From the NCBI GenBank assembly GCA_963777505.1, contig CAVZQN010000004.1:608001-672000 (forward strand): a stretch of DNA of 64,000 nucleotides. The letters are read 5' to 3'. The stretch comes from an uncultured bacterium. Its GTDB lineage: Bacteria > Acidobacteriota > HRBIN11 > JAKEFK01. The position numbers were made by a program, and so were the translations under genes. The notes under the pieces are model-generated. The model saw nothing but the letters and a program-made list of their open reading frames with translations. It did not search any database and had not been told where the DNA came from. Shown here in pieces: positions 1 through 8,688 of this stretch (positions are counted from its first letter, which is position 1; each line of letters starts with the position of its first letter).

Positions 1-1150
1 AAACAAGTGACAGCAAAAAGCTGATCAATACAAAAGCTGCGACGAACGCTCTTCCCATATAAACATGCTGCTGTTCATTCTTTTTTGAGATCCAACCATA
101 ATGTTCCAGAATGTCCTGGGTGAACATACTTCCAATTGCAAGAACTTGTGAATCCAGCGAATTCATGACGGATGAAACAACCCCTGCTGCAAGCAATCCC
201 GCGAGGATTCCGGGTGCATGAAGTTCAATCATTCGTGGTAAGACTGTATTTGCTGCAGCTCCTTTCAGTTCTGGAAAATTCAAAACTCCAAGCACACCTA
301 GCATCACGCTCGGAAACCAAACGAATGCGATCGAGATTGGATATAAACGAATTGTGAACTTAAAATTCTCCGCTTTGCTTGAGGTTAGCCAGTGAATGAA
401 AAGATGAGGGAACATGCCGGCTGAAAGCGGAATGCATGTGTATGTTAGCAGCTCAAGCGGCTGAATTTTGTTTTGACGGGAGAGAAGTTCAGGATATTTT
501 TGAGCAACCTGGCTCATAGCTTCCGTCAAGCCTCCCATGTCTTTCACGATCACAAAGAACGCAATCGCTCCAAAAATCATAAATACAAGAGTTTGGAAGG
601 TGTTTACCCATGCAGTTCCACGCATTCCTCCTGTGGTGACATAAATCAAAACAACACCGCAAACAATCAAACCACCGAGCCATTCGGGAATCGCGCCGGC
701 TGTGATCTGATGCAATGTTGCTCCTCCACCCATGACACCAATCAGTAAATAGGGAACTAGAAGAGCAAGCAGAACAACAAACAACAGCAAGCCCAGAGCG
801 CTCGAATTCCAACGATCTCGAAAGAACTGAATTTGCGTTAGGTATCCAAAGCGTTTACCAAGAGACCATACACGGGGTCCAACAAAGAAGAAAATTGATG
901 GGACAATCAATGCTGATGAAGATGCCATCAGCGCAAAAACTCCGATTCCCGTATGATACGCTTCGCCGCTTGCACCCAGGATCGTGAAAGCCGTCATATG
1001 CGTTCCAAACAAAGACATGAAAAGCACAAACGGACCGATCGTTCGAGTGGCTACAAAGTAATCTTCTCCGGTATGGCGGAAAAGCTTAACACTCAATAGC
1101 CCGATCGCAAGGACCGTTACAAAATAAAGGAAGATAACGGCAAGAATCAT
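1..1150 (-). CDS. Sodium:solute symporter (SSS family), 3' end beyond window edge
   Basis: Missing from the ORF track; translated by hand from ATG at 1150: MILAVIFLYF...GEDYFVATRTIGPFV...TAFTILGASGEAY...YVTTGGMRGTAWVNTFQ...MNSLDSQ. These are SSS motifs. ATGA overlap with the DUF3311 stop. Confidence 0.9.
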   Translation of the reverse strand, partial: MILAVIFLYFVTVLAIGLLSVKLFRHTGEDYFVATRTIGPFVLFMSLFGTHMTAFTILGASGEAYHTGIGVFALMASSSALIVPSIFFFVGPRVWSLGKRFGYLTQIQFFRDRWNSSALGLLLFVVLLALLVPYLLIGVMGGGATLHQITAGAIPEWLGGLIVCGVVLIYVTTGGMRGTAWVNTFQTLVFMIFGAIAFFVIVKDMGGLTEAMSQVAQKYPELLSRQNKIQPLELLTYTCIPLSAGMFPHLFIHWLTSSKAENFKFTIRLYPISIAFVWFPSVMLGVLGVLNFPELKGAAANTVLPRMIELHAPGILAGLLAAGVVSSVMNSLDSQVLAIGSMFTQDILEHYGWISKKNEQQHVYMGRAFVAAFVLISFLLSLV

Positions 1151-1362
1151 ACTGCGGTGTGGTCTTCTGAATTTACTTCAAGACCTTCAGGCCAAGCGAA
1201 AAAAGTCAGTCCTGTCATAACAACAGTTGCCGCAACGCAGAAAATGATGTGATACATAAGCCCCGATGGAATTCCTGCAAATAAACGCGTATCGTTCCAT
1301 AACCACAAATCATTATGCAATGCAAAGAGAATAATCAACCCAAGGTATAACAAGTGTTTCAT
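1147..1362 (-). CDS. DUF3311-like small membrane protein, SSS transporter partner
   Basis: 71 aa, two TM segments, LHNDLWLWND...AGIPSGLMYH; lies directly upstream of the SSS gene. Confidence 0.8.
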   Translation of the reverse strand: MKHLLYLGLIILFALHNDLWLWNDTRLFAGIPSGLMYHIIFCVAATVVMTGLTFFAWPEGLEVNSEDHTAV

Positions 1363-1376
1363 AAATGGCTGTTATT

Positions 1377-1394
1377 AACCGCAAAGACGCGAAG
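1377..1394 (+). repeat. 18-bp interspersed repeat (AACCGCAAAGACGCGAAG family)
   Basis: Related copies at 11211-11228, 26452-26469, 30155-30172, 40296-40313 and 56727-56744. Confidence 0.7.
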
Positions 1395-1407
1395 TCCGAA
1401 TTTTCTC

Positions 1408-3513
1408 CTAGAGTCTAAATTCAAATCCACCGTAAACTGCAAACGGATCGGCAGGAATCACAGAAGTCGATCCGAATCCTCGCATCTCATATTCTTTGTC
1501 CGAAAGATTCTTGAAATTCACAGAAAAACGCATGTGATCCCAATCAAAGTAAGCGACAGCATCAAACGTGAGATAACCATCGATCTCGAATGAATTATCT
1601 TCCGAAATGAATTGATCACTTACGTAGCGAGGCCCTCCACCAATACCGAAACCATTTCCAAACTCTGTCATTACCCAGAGATTCATAAGATGTCGCGGCG
1701 CAAAAGCGGATCGGTTTCCGGATCGATCAAAGCGGATCGGCCCGATGGGAGTGAAAACTAATTCCGCAAAGTTATCCAATTCCGAATCGTTGTAGGCATA
1801 ATTGAAAAATGCGGAAACTGGTTTTAGTTCCATGAACCCAAGATCTACTTCGAATCCTTTCGAAGTTTGATCTCCAATTTGCCGCGTGACGCCGTTATCA
1901 TCTGGTATTGCGATGTTTTCTTTCTCGATTCTGTAAACCGCAAAAGTTGCAGTCGCTTTTCCATCCAGGAATAATGTTTTTAGCCCGCCTTCAATTTGAG
2001 TGCTTTCTTCCGGTTCGCGTTCTCCGACAGTTAATGACGATGGCGGAGCGAATGCACGGCCGGCATTAAAATAAATCGAGAACGAAGGCTCAGGTGTGAA
2101 AGTCACGCCAACGAGGGGACTAAACATTGTGTCGGTACGAGACGTGCCAATGATCTCATCGTCGAAATCAATGTGATCGACACGGCCACCTGCAAAAACT
2201 TTCCACTCATCACCGAACGAGATCTGATCCACAACATATGGAGCCAGTACAATCGCCCGTGAATCACCCGCAACCGATTGACCAGGAATCAATGGCAGCG
2301 GTTCAGTGGTTGTATCAACCGGGTTTACCAGAGTGATGAGAGGAAGCTGTGCAACATCCAATGTGAAATCGTCATCCAGCCGGCTTACCTCAAATCCTGT
2401 AAGAAGCTTATGTCCGATTGAACCTGTGTTCAGGTCAAAAATTGCTTCGAACTGGTTTCCATACAGTTTTTGATGATCGTCCAGCATCGGCAATGTGCGG
2501 AATACAAGTGTTCCGACAAAAGGCTGATCGAATGCTCCATTGATCAGGGTGCCTTGTGAAAGCCACTGAAGATCTGTTACGTAAAACTTATTTCGCAATG
2601 TGACCGACTCATTGATCTGTGTTTCGTAATCCAAACGAATGCGATACAGGTCTTGTTCGGAAGTATCCAATGGTGATTGATATGATTGCGTTCTTGGTAT
2701 GTCTGGAATTGCGGCATTGACAATTGGTATACCGCTATCGGGCTTATATTCGTTCGTGAGATATTCGAAGTTCATTGTGAAAAAACTAGTGTCGTTAATC
2801 TTCCAGCTTAAAGCGGGATTGATAGCAAACTGTTCACTCTGTTTGTCATCACGATAGCGATCGGTCGTTTCTCCCATTCCGTTAATTCGTAAAGCGACCG
2901 AATCGTTCATGTCAGCATTCCAATCGAAATTCCCCCGTATTGATTCGAAGGAACCAAACGACGTATTCAAAAGAAGTACATCTTCAAAAAGGGGCTGCTT
3001 TCGGACAAGGTTTACAGTGCCTGAAAGAGGATTACCGCCATAAAGAAAAGCTGACGGTCCTTTCAAAACTTCGACTCGCTCTACATTGTAAAGTCTGTAT
3101 AGCGTTACTTCTGGTTCCGCCGCGCCATCTGTAAGAATCAGGGCGTTACTTAGTGAATCAAATCCACGAATAGTAAAAAAGTCATGGACTCCAAATCCGG
3201 TTTGAACATTGATTCCGCTTACATTTCTGAGTGCATCGCTAAGGAAGTTCGCTTCTTGCAGTTGAAGCAAAGAAGATGGAACGACACTCACGCTTGCCGG
3301 AAGTTCTTGAACCGGAATGGGTACTTTAACGGTTTCTGCACCCGATTTTGGCATCGTATCTTCGACGATTACCAGATATTCAGGACGGTTTTCACTTGAA
3401 GTTTCTTCCGAATCTTCTTCGGAAGTTTCTTGCGAATTTTCTTGAGCGGTTACTGTTAGCGGAATAAACAGCAGTGTCATCATGAGGATGAACCAGAATC
3501 GAGCGATCTTCAT
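1408..3513 (-). CDS. TonB-dependent receptor, siderophore-receptor-like
   Basis: Plug motifs FTIRGF and VERVEVLKGPSAFLYG; C-terminal NLSDKEY...FEFRL. Start moved to 3513 (GGAGAAGGT RBS plus signal peptide MKIARFW), because the longer ORF reads through a REP element. Confidence 0.9.
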   Translation of the reverse strand: MKIARFWFILMMTLLFIPLTVTAQENSQETSEEDSEETSSENRPEYLVIVEDTMPKSGAETVKVPIPVQELPASVSVVPSSLLQLQEANFLSDALRNVSGINVQTGFGVHDFFTIRGFDSLSNALILTDGAAEPEVTLYRLYNVERVEVLKGPSAFLYGGNPLSGTVNLVRKQPLFEDVLLLNTSFGSFESIRGNFDWNADMNDSVALRINGMGETTDRYRDDKQSEQFAINPALSWKINDTSFFTMNFEYLTNEYKPDSGIPIVNAAIPDIPRTQSYQSPLDTSEQDLYRIRLDYETQINESVTLRNKFYVTDLQWLSQGTLINGAFDQPFVGTLVFRTLPMLDDHQKLYGNQFEAIFDLNTGSIGHKLLTGFEVSRLDDDFTLDVAQLPLITLVNPVDTTTEPLPLIPGQSVAGDSRAIVLAPYVVDQISFGDEWKVFAGGRVDHIDFDDEIIGTSRTDTMFSPLVGVTFTPEPSFSIYFNAGRAFAPPSSLTVGEREPEESTQIEGGLKTLFLDGKATATFAVYRIEKENIAIPDDNGVTRQIGDQTSKGFEVDLGFMELKPVSAFFNYAYNDSELDNFAELVFTPIGPIRFDRSGNRSAFAPRHLMNLWVMTEFGNGFGIGGGPRYVSDQFISEDNSFEIDGYLTFDAVAYFDWDHMRFSVNFKNLSDKEYEMRGFGSTSVIPADPFAVYGGFEFRL

Positions 3514-3527
3514 ACCTTCTCCTATTC

Positions 3528-3576
3528 GTAGTGGCCAGTCTTGTCCGGCCTGGGCGGCCACAAGAGCCGCCCCTAC
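3528..3576. repeat. GTAG-type REP doublet (REPIN-like)
   Basis: GTAGTGGCCAGTCTTGTCCGGCCT followed by GGGCGGCCACAAGAGCCGCCCCTAC; same family as 55491-55540. Confidence 0.75.
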
Positions 3577-3673
3577 TAATGAATCACTATTGCGCCGGGT
3601 GCCCTGGGTTGCAATCCGGCGCAATAGGGACGCGAACTTCTAGCAGGAGCAATGAACTCGGAAACTCCTGTAA

Positions 3674-4906
3674 TTATTGTGTTGCTTTCAGATCAAATGA
3701 AATTAATTCTTTCTGACTTCTTAAATACAATTTCCCGTTTGAGAGCGTTGGCATTGTCCATGTCTTACCAGCTAAAGCCTGATGACTTGCAACTCGTTTG
3801 AATGCTTCCGGCGTAGCTTCAGCCATGACCAACTCTCCGCGCTCACTTAAAATGATAAGATGTCCATCTGCTAAAATAAGTGATCCTTTACCAAAGCCGC
3901 GCTCCTTCCATTTTTCAGTTCCTGTAAGAGCATCGATACATTTCAATGTCGCATCATCAAATCCATAAAGATTATTTTGATAAAGTACTGAGGAATTGAA
4001 ATGATTTTTCATTACACGGCTTTTCCAAATTTCTTGAACGCCGGCCGGCTTAATTTGCAATAGTGCGGCTCCAACATCGTAGGATGTTGAAATAAAAACT
4101 TTATCCGGTGCAACAAAGACAGGAGCAGCAATATTTGCATCCCAACTTGTTCGCCAGGGATATTTCCACAGAACTTTGCCCTGAGGTGTAACAGAAACAA
4201 GTGAAGTTCCGGTAAATACTAAAATTTGACGTGTTCCATTTACTGTAACTGCGATGGGTGCAGAATATCCTTGCTTGTCAGTATGGACTTTCCATTGAAC
4301 CGTGCCGTTCTTTTTATGAAAAGCAACGATCGAATTTCCTGCGGTGCCGCCAACATCAACAATCAGCGAATCCTTTTCAACGATGGGAGTTGTAGACGTT
4401 CCCCATCTTGGGATTTCGCTTCCAAATTCGGATTTTAGATTGTGAGCCCAAACTTTCTTTCCATCATTCGCTGAGAGAGCAGTCAATTGTCCGGAGGCTC
4501 CAATTGCGTACACCATATTTCCATCCACCAGTGGTGTGGATCTGGGGCCGTCGCCTTGATCACTGGAGAAGTTATCGTCATTTCGATATCGCCATAATTC
4601 CTTTCCAGTGGCTGCATCCAGTGCGATTACAAATTCATCGCTTCCGCTTGAATCCATAGTGAAAAGCTTGCCTCCAACTGCAACAATTCCGGAATACGCA
4701 TCACCGATGGGCACTTTCCAAACAACTTTCGGTCCGGTTGCCGGCCACGTTTTAACGAGTCCAGTTTCTCGTGAAATTCCGTCGCGATTCAGGCCGCGAT
4801 ATTGAGGCCAATCCCCTGAAGGGGTTTCAGGAGCAGCAAAAATAGGGCTGGTTAAGGTTGCAAATAAAACCAGAGATGCAAAAAGAGTCTTCGTGACGCC
4901 AGTCAT
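3674..4906 (-). CDS. Exported PQQ-binding-like beta-propeller protein
   Basis: Signal peptide, DWPQYRGLNRDG N-terminal motif, repeated A-D-A-x-T-G-K-x-x-W Trp-docking units. Confidence 0.85.
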   Translation of the reverse strand: MTGVTKTLFASLVLFATLTSPIFAAPETPSGDWPQYRGLNRDGISRETGLVKTWPATGPKVVWKVPIGDAYSGIVAVGGKLFTMDSSGSDEFVIALDAATGKELWRYRNDDNFSSDQGDGPRSTPLVDGNMVYAIGASGQLTALSANDGKKVWAHNLKSEFGSEIPRWGTSTTPIVEKDSLIVDVGGTAGNSIVAFHKKNGTVQWKVHTDKQGYSAPIAVTVNGTRQILVFTGTSLVSVTPQGKVLWKYPWRTSWDANIAAPVFVAPDKVFISTSYDVGAALLQIKPAGVQEIWKSRVMKNHFNSSVLYQNNLYGFDDATLKCIDALTGTEKWKERGFGKGSLILADGHLIILSERGELVMAEATPEAFKRVASHQALAGKTWTMPTLSNGKLYLRSQKELISFDLKATQ

Positions 4907-4933
4907 TTAATTCCTCCAGCCAGCGTAGTAATA

Positions 4934-4951
4934 TCTACTACAACTGTAGTT
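4934..4951. promoter_or_regulatory. Palindromic operator ACTACA-AC-TGTAGT (BlaI/MecI/CopY type)
   Basis: TCTACTACAACTGTAGTT, identical to 14952-14969. Lies just downstream of a minus-strand TTGACT (-35-like, 4960-4955). Confidence 0.7.
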
Positions 4952-4985
4952 ACGAGTCAAGAGTTCAAAAAGTTCCATTGTTTTC

Positions 4986-5096
4986 GTTTGTAGTAAGGTA
5001 CGCAGGCCGGCCGCATAAATGCGGCCGAGCAATACCGTAATATATTCTAGCAACGGCACTGCTTCGTTTCGCTCAGCTGCGTGCCTTACTACAAAC
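4986..5096. repeat. REPIN/MITE-like element with 20-bp terminal inverted repeats
   Basis: GTTTGTAGTAAGGTACGCAG ... CTGCGTGCCTTACTACAAAC (1 mismatch); internal hairpin CGGCCGCATAAATGCGGCCG. Confidence 0.7.
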
Positions 5097-6445
5097 TAGG
5101 TGTACCGTGAATTTCGGTACTTTTTTTCGTAAAACTCAGGCAGCAAATGATCCACACGTAAAAAACCTTGAGGTGTGAGCTCAATGCGATTTCCGTGGAT
5201 TCTTAACATACCGGCATTTTCCAATTTCCGGAATGCACCCGAAAATTTTTCCAAAATATCTTTTCCGAATTTTTTCTGAAAGTACGATGTTTCGATCTCA
5301 CCCAACTTAAGCTGAAGAATCATTTCGCGGGTCAGCCGTTCGTTTGGTTTGGTGGCAAAAGCGCGCGCAAGCGGAAGTTGATTCGCATTCAGCTTTTCAA
5401 TGTACGAATCCCAATTGTCCAGATTCTGCATATGCACGCCGTTCATGTGGCCAAAGGATGCTACACCGGTCCCAAGCATGTCACAGCCGTGCCATACGGA
5501 ATCGCGATATACAAAACGCGCATCACTTCCTTTTCGAACCATCGTGTATCCACTCGATACTTCGTATCCGTTGGACGCAAGCTGATCGAACGCATACTCA
5601 TGCCATTCCCGTTTCAGCTGCCAGTTTGCTATAGGAACATTCAATCTGCCTTGAAGATAATCTTTGGAATATACCGTATTAAATGGAAGCTCCATCTGAT
5701 AAATCGTTACGCTATCAGGTGCGATGTCGATTGTTTTTTGAACTGTATCGCGCCATGTATCCCAGGTTTCGCCGATCATTCCTGAGATTAAATCAATATT
5801 GAGCTGGTCAAATTGAAGTTGTTGAATCCATGGAAGCACCTGATAAATTTCTTTTGAGACATGAGCGCGTCCATTTTCTTTCAAAATTGCATCATCAAAA
5901 TTTTCTATTCCCAGACTCAGGCGTGTAATACCAATCCGTTTCATTGCTTCAAGTTTGACCTGAGTCAGCGTTCCTGGTTCGCACTCAAGCGTAATTTCTT
6001 CTGTGCCATTCCATGATATTGATTGTTGTACTCTGTCAGCTAAATCACGAAGATGGGTCGACTTGATGAAGGAAGGTGTTCCGCCTCCGAAATATACGAA
6101 TTTCAGTTTTCTGTTTTCTACGGAAGGCAACCGGCTATAGAGTTCAATTTCGCGTGATAACGCATCAAGATATTGTTGGATTTCGTCACTATTTTTATCG
6201 GTATAAACTCGGAAATAACAAAACTTGCATCGTTTGCGGCAGAAAGGAATATGCAAATAAAGTCCAAGCGGAGTTGTCGGGTTTGGTTCCGAATTCAACG
6301 CAAGATCGGCACGTTTCAAATCTTCTGAATTCCAAAAGGAATAAGGCGGATAGTTGGATACAAAAACGCTTCCAACATCCGTATCGACTCTGTCTTTAGC
6401 CGCAGTCGCGGGTTCGGGTATGAATGTTTTTAAAGTATCGGTCAT
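5096..6445 (-). CDS. HemN-like (class C-type) radical SAM enzyme
   Basis: LYLHIPFCRKRCKFC, YFGGGTPS, NIDLISG and a HemN_C tail (LTPQGFLRVD). Start at 6445 gives an ATGA overlap with the upstream gene. Confidence 0.88.
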   Translation of the reverse strand: MTDTLKTFIPEPATAAKDRVDTDVGSVFVSNYPPYSFWNSEDLKRADLALNSEPNPTTPLGLYLHIPFCRKRCKFCYFRVYTDKNSDEIQQYLDALSREIELYSRLPSVENRKLKFVYFGGGTPSFIKSTHLRDLADRVQQSISWNGTEEITLECEPGTLTQVKLEAMKRIGITRLSLGIENFDDAILKENGRAHVSKEIYQVLPWIQQLQFDQLNIDLISGMIGETWDTWRDTVQKTIDIAPDSVTIYQMELPFNTVYSKDYLQGRLNVPIANWQLKREWHEYAFDQLASNGYEVSSGYTMVRKGSDARFVYRDSVWHGCDMLGTGVASFGHMNGVHMQNLDNWDSYIEKLNANQLPLARAFATKPNERLTREMILQLKLGEIETSYFQKKFGKDILEKFSGAFRKLENAGMLRIHGNRIELTPQGFLRVDHLLPEFYEKKYRNSRYT

Positions 6446-7536
6446 GATTTCGATTTTTCTCCAAAACAATATACGAGTCCGTCTTTGGATCCGATCACGA
6501 CTTTTCTCTCAGCGACAGCTGGAGAACCCAAAACTGCCGAACCCATATCGAATTTCCAGACTTCTTTTCCGGCGCTTGTCTCAAGAGCAAATAATTCGCC
6601 CGCTAAGTTCGCAAATAGAAGGCTTTGACCTGCAATCACAGGTGATGCATCGATTCTCGCTTTTGTGGGAAACTCCCAGAAAATTTTGCCAGACTGAGGA
6701 TCTAAGGCGCGCATGACTTTATCGCGTCCACCAACAGCAACAATTTTGTTTGTAACGGCAGCAGAAGAGTAATACGGAAACTTTTTTGAAGGATCTTCAA
6801 ACTGCCATGCAATTTTTTTCGCTGCCAGATCAATGGCCAAAATCTGATTCCCAAAAGTTCCTACGTATACTCGCCCATTTGCCAATGCAGGACTCGCAGC
6901 AACATAGGCACCCAGATCTACAAATCCAACTTCCTTGCCATCACTGATGCGGATCACACGTAATTTTCCATCGCAGCCAGCAACGATAACGTTTTCTCCT
7001 TGAATTGCAGGTGTTGCATGCACATACCCTGCGGTCTCAAGTTTCCAGAGCACAGTACCATCCTTCAATGACAAACAGTACAAATGATTGTCATACGACC
7101 CAAATAATACGCGATCACCGGCAAAGTTTGCCGAGGAAATAATTCCGGCATCAGCACGAAAATCCCATTTCTTTTTTCCCGAAGATGCTTCAACCGCGTG
7201 AAACACACCAAGCTCATCACCAAAGTAAACCGTGTCTTGATACACCGAGGGTGAGGATTTGATTTCATCACTTGCTTCGTATTTCCACTTTAACTTTCCG
7301 GATTTCAGATCGATTGCGTACAAAAACTTATCGAGCGAAGCAACATACACTATGCCCCCTGCGATTGCAGCGGTTGACTCAATTCCGCCTGTTTCGAGGG
7401 TCCAAAGTGGTTCCATTTGTTTCGGTAATTCTGTTGTTGCCACGCCTGTTAATTGTGGATTGCCTCGAAATAAAGTCCAATCAGCATGGGCTGAACGGGC
7501 CGTCAGCAATATCAAGAGGCTAATAAGAAGCTTCAT
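6442..7536 (-). CDS. Exported PQQ-like/BamB-like beta-propeller protein
   Basis: Signal peptide (AHA-DW), DWTLFRGNPQLTG and very regular SSP...G..D...A-D...G...W repeats. Confidence 0.85.
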   Translation of the reverse strand: MKLLISLLILLTARSAHADWTLFRGNPQLTGVATTELPKQMEPLWTLETGGIESTAAIAGGIVYVASLDKFLYAIDLKSGKLKWKYEASDEIKSSPSVYQDTVYFGDELGVFHAVEASSGKKKWDFRADAGIISSANFAGDRVLFGSYDNHLYCLSLKDGTVLWKLETAGYVHATPAIQGENVIVAGCDGKLRVIRISDGKEVGFVDLGAYVAASPALANGRVYVGTFGNQILAIDLAAKKIAWQFEDPSKKFPYYSSAAVTNKIVAVGGRDKVMRALDPQSGKIFWEFPTKARIDASPVIAGQSLLFANLAGELFALETSAGKEVWKFDMGSAVLGSPAVAERKVVIGSKDGLVYCFGEKSKS

Positions 7537-8683
7537 ATAATTTCAAGAAATCAGATTCAGTTAAAGGTCTTGGGTTATATTTACCGGTCCATTGGTCCGC
7601 CGCATCGCGTGCCAGTTCCGGAAAATCCTGAGTATTGATTCCACACTGACGAAGATTTTGAGGCAACGTACCGGCTGTGCGAAGTTCTGAAATTCTTTCG
7701 CTTAAACGGACGCCTGGGGTGGTAGTGGAATTCTTAATACATGCAATTGTCAGAAGCTCTGCATAGGAAGTTTCCATAGTTTCTGCGTTAAACCGAACGA
7801 CCGCAGGGAGCATTAAACTGACGGCGATTCCGTGTTCAATTCCGAAATGTGATGTCAGCGGATTTGCACATGCATGTGCGGCGCCAAGCATAGAATGTTC
7901 AATTGCGATTCCTGCAAAATGGGAGCCGAGCAACATTTCTGCGCGTACTTCTATGTTTTGAGGTTCTTGGAGCACGCGTTCGTAATTCGATTCTAGAAGT
8001 TTCCATGCTTCCAGAGAAAACATTTTGGAAATAGGATTGCGCTTTGTAGTTACGAACGTTTCCACCGCGTGCGATATCGCATCAATTCCCGAGGTAGCAG
8101 TTACTTTTAGTGGAGCGCTTAGGGTCAATGAAGGATCAAGGATGATTGCGCGAAATCTTGCTTTTACATCCCCACAAGCCATCTTGCGGTTTGTTTTGTC
8201 TTGCGAAATTAAAGCATACGATTGTGCTTCACTTCCTGTGCCGGCGGTTGTTGGAATTCCGATTGAAGGTAACATTGGCTTTGTGGCGCGATTAAATCCC
8301 CAATAGTCTTCGATCGTGCCTCCGTTTGTCAGCAGAAAATTAATTCCTTTCGCTGTATCCATCGAACTCCCACCGCCTAAACCGATGATCAAATCAATTC
8401 CGCCTTTTTCGCGCGCGAAATGCGCACACCTTTCAACACTAGCAGCCGAAGGATTCTCTTCGACGCCATCAAACAGCACAAATTCAATGTTGTGTTCTTT
8501 CAAAGATTGAATGGCTAATTCAGCGATCCCAGCGGCACATATACCGGAATCAGTCACGATGAGAACTTTTGTCCCATCGAGTTCACGGATAAGTGTTCCG
8601 AGCTGCATGATCGCATTTGGACCAAAAATCACGCGCGAAGGAAATCCAAATTCAAACGTCCCATTGATCAGGCTTTGAAGCAT
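7520..8683 (-). CDS. Iron-containing alcohol dehydrogenase
   Basis: GGGSSMD, PTTAGTGSE, GIDAISHAVE, AHACAN and EHG metal-ligand motifs. Confidence 0.92.
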   Translation of the reverse strand: MLQSLINGTFEFGFPSRVIFGPNAIMQLGTLIRELDGTKVLIVTDSGICAAGIAELAIQSLKEHNIEFVLFDGVEENPSAASVERCAHFAREKGGIDLIIGLGGGSSMDTAKGINFLLTNGGTIEDYWGFNRATKPMLPSIGIPTTAGTGSEAQSYALISQDKTNRKMACGDVKARFRAIILDPSLTLSAPLKVTATSGIDAISHAVETFVTTKRNPISKMFSLEAWKLLESNYERVLQEPQNIEVRAEMLLGSHFAGIAIEHSMLGAAHACANPLTSHFGIEHGIAVSLMLPAVVRFNAETMETSYAELLTIACIKNSTTTPGVRLSERISELRTAGTLPQNLRQCGINTQDFPELARDAADQWTGKYNPRPLTESDFLKLYEASY

Positions 8684-8688
8684 TCTTT

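Noticed and set aside
3514-3673. Cobalamin or TPP riboswitch upstream of the TonB receptor
   Set aside because: No recognisable B12-box or TPP core motifs.
4907-5095. RiPP precursor peptide for the radical SAM enzyme
   Set aside because: The region is occupied by the operator and an inverted-repeat element; I found no short ORF with an RBS.
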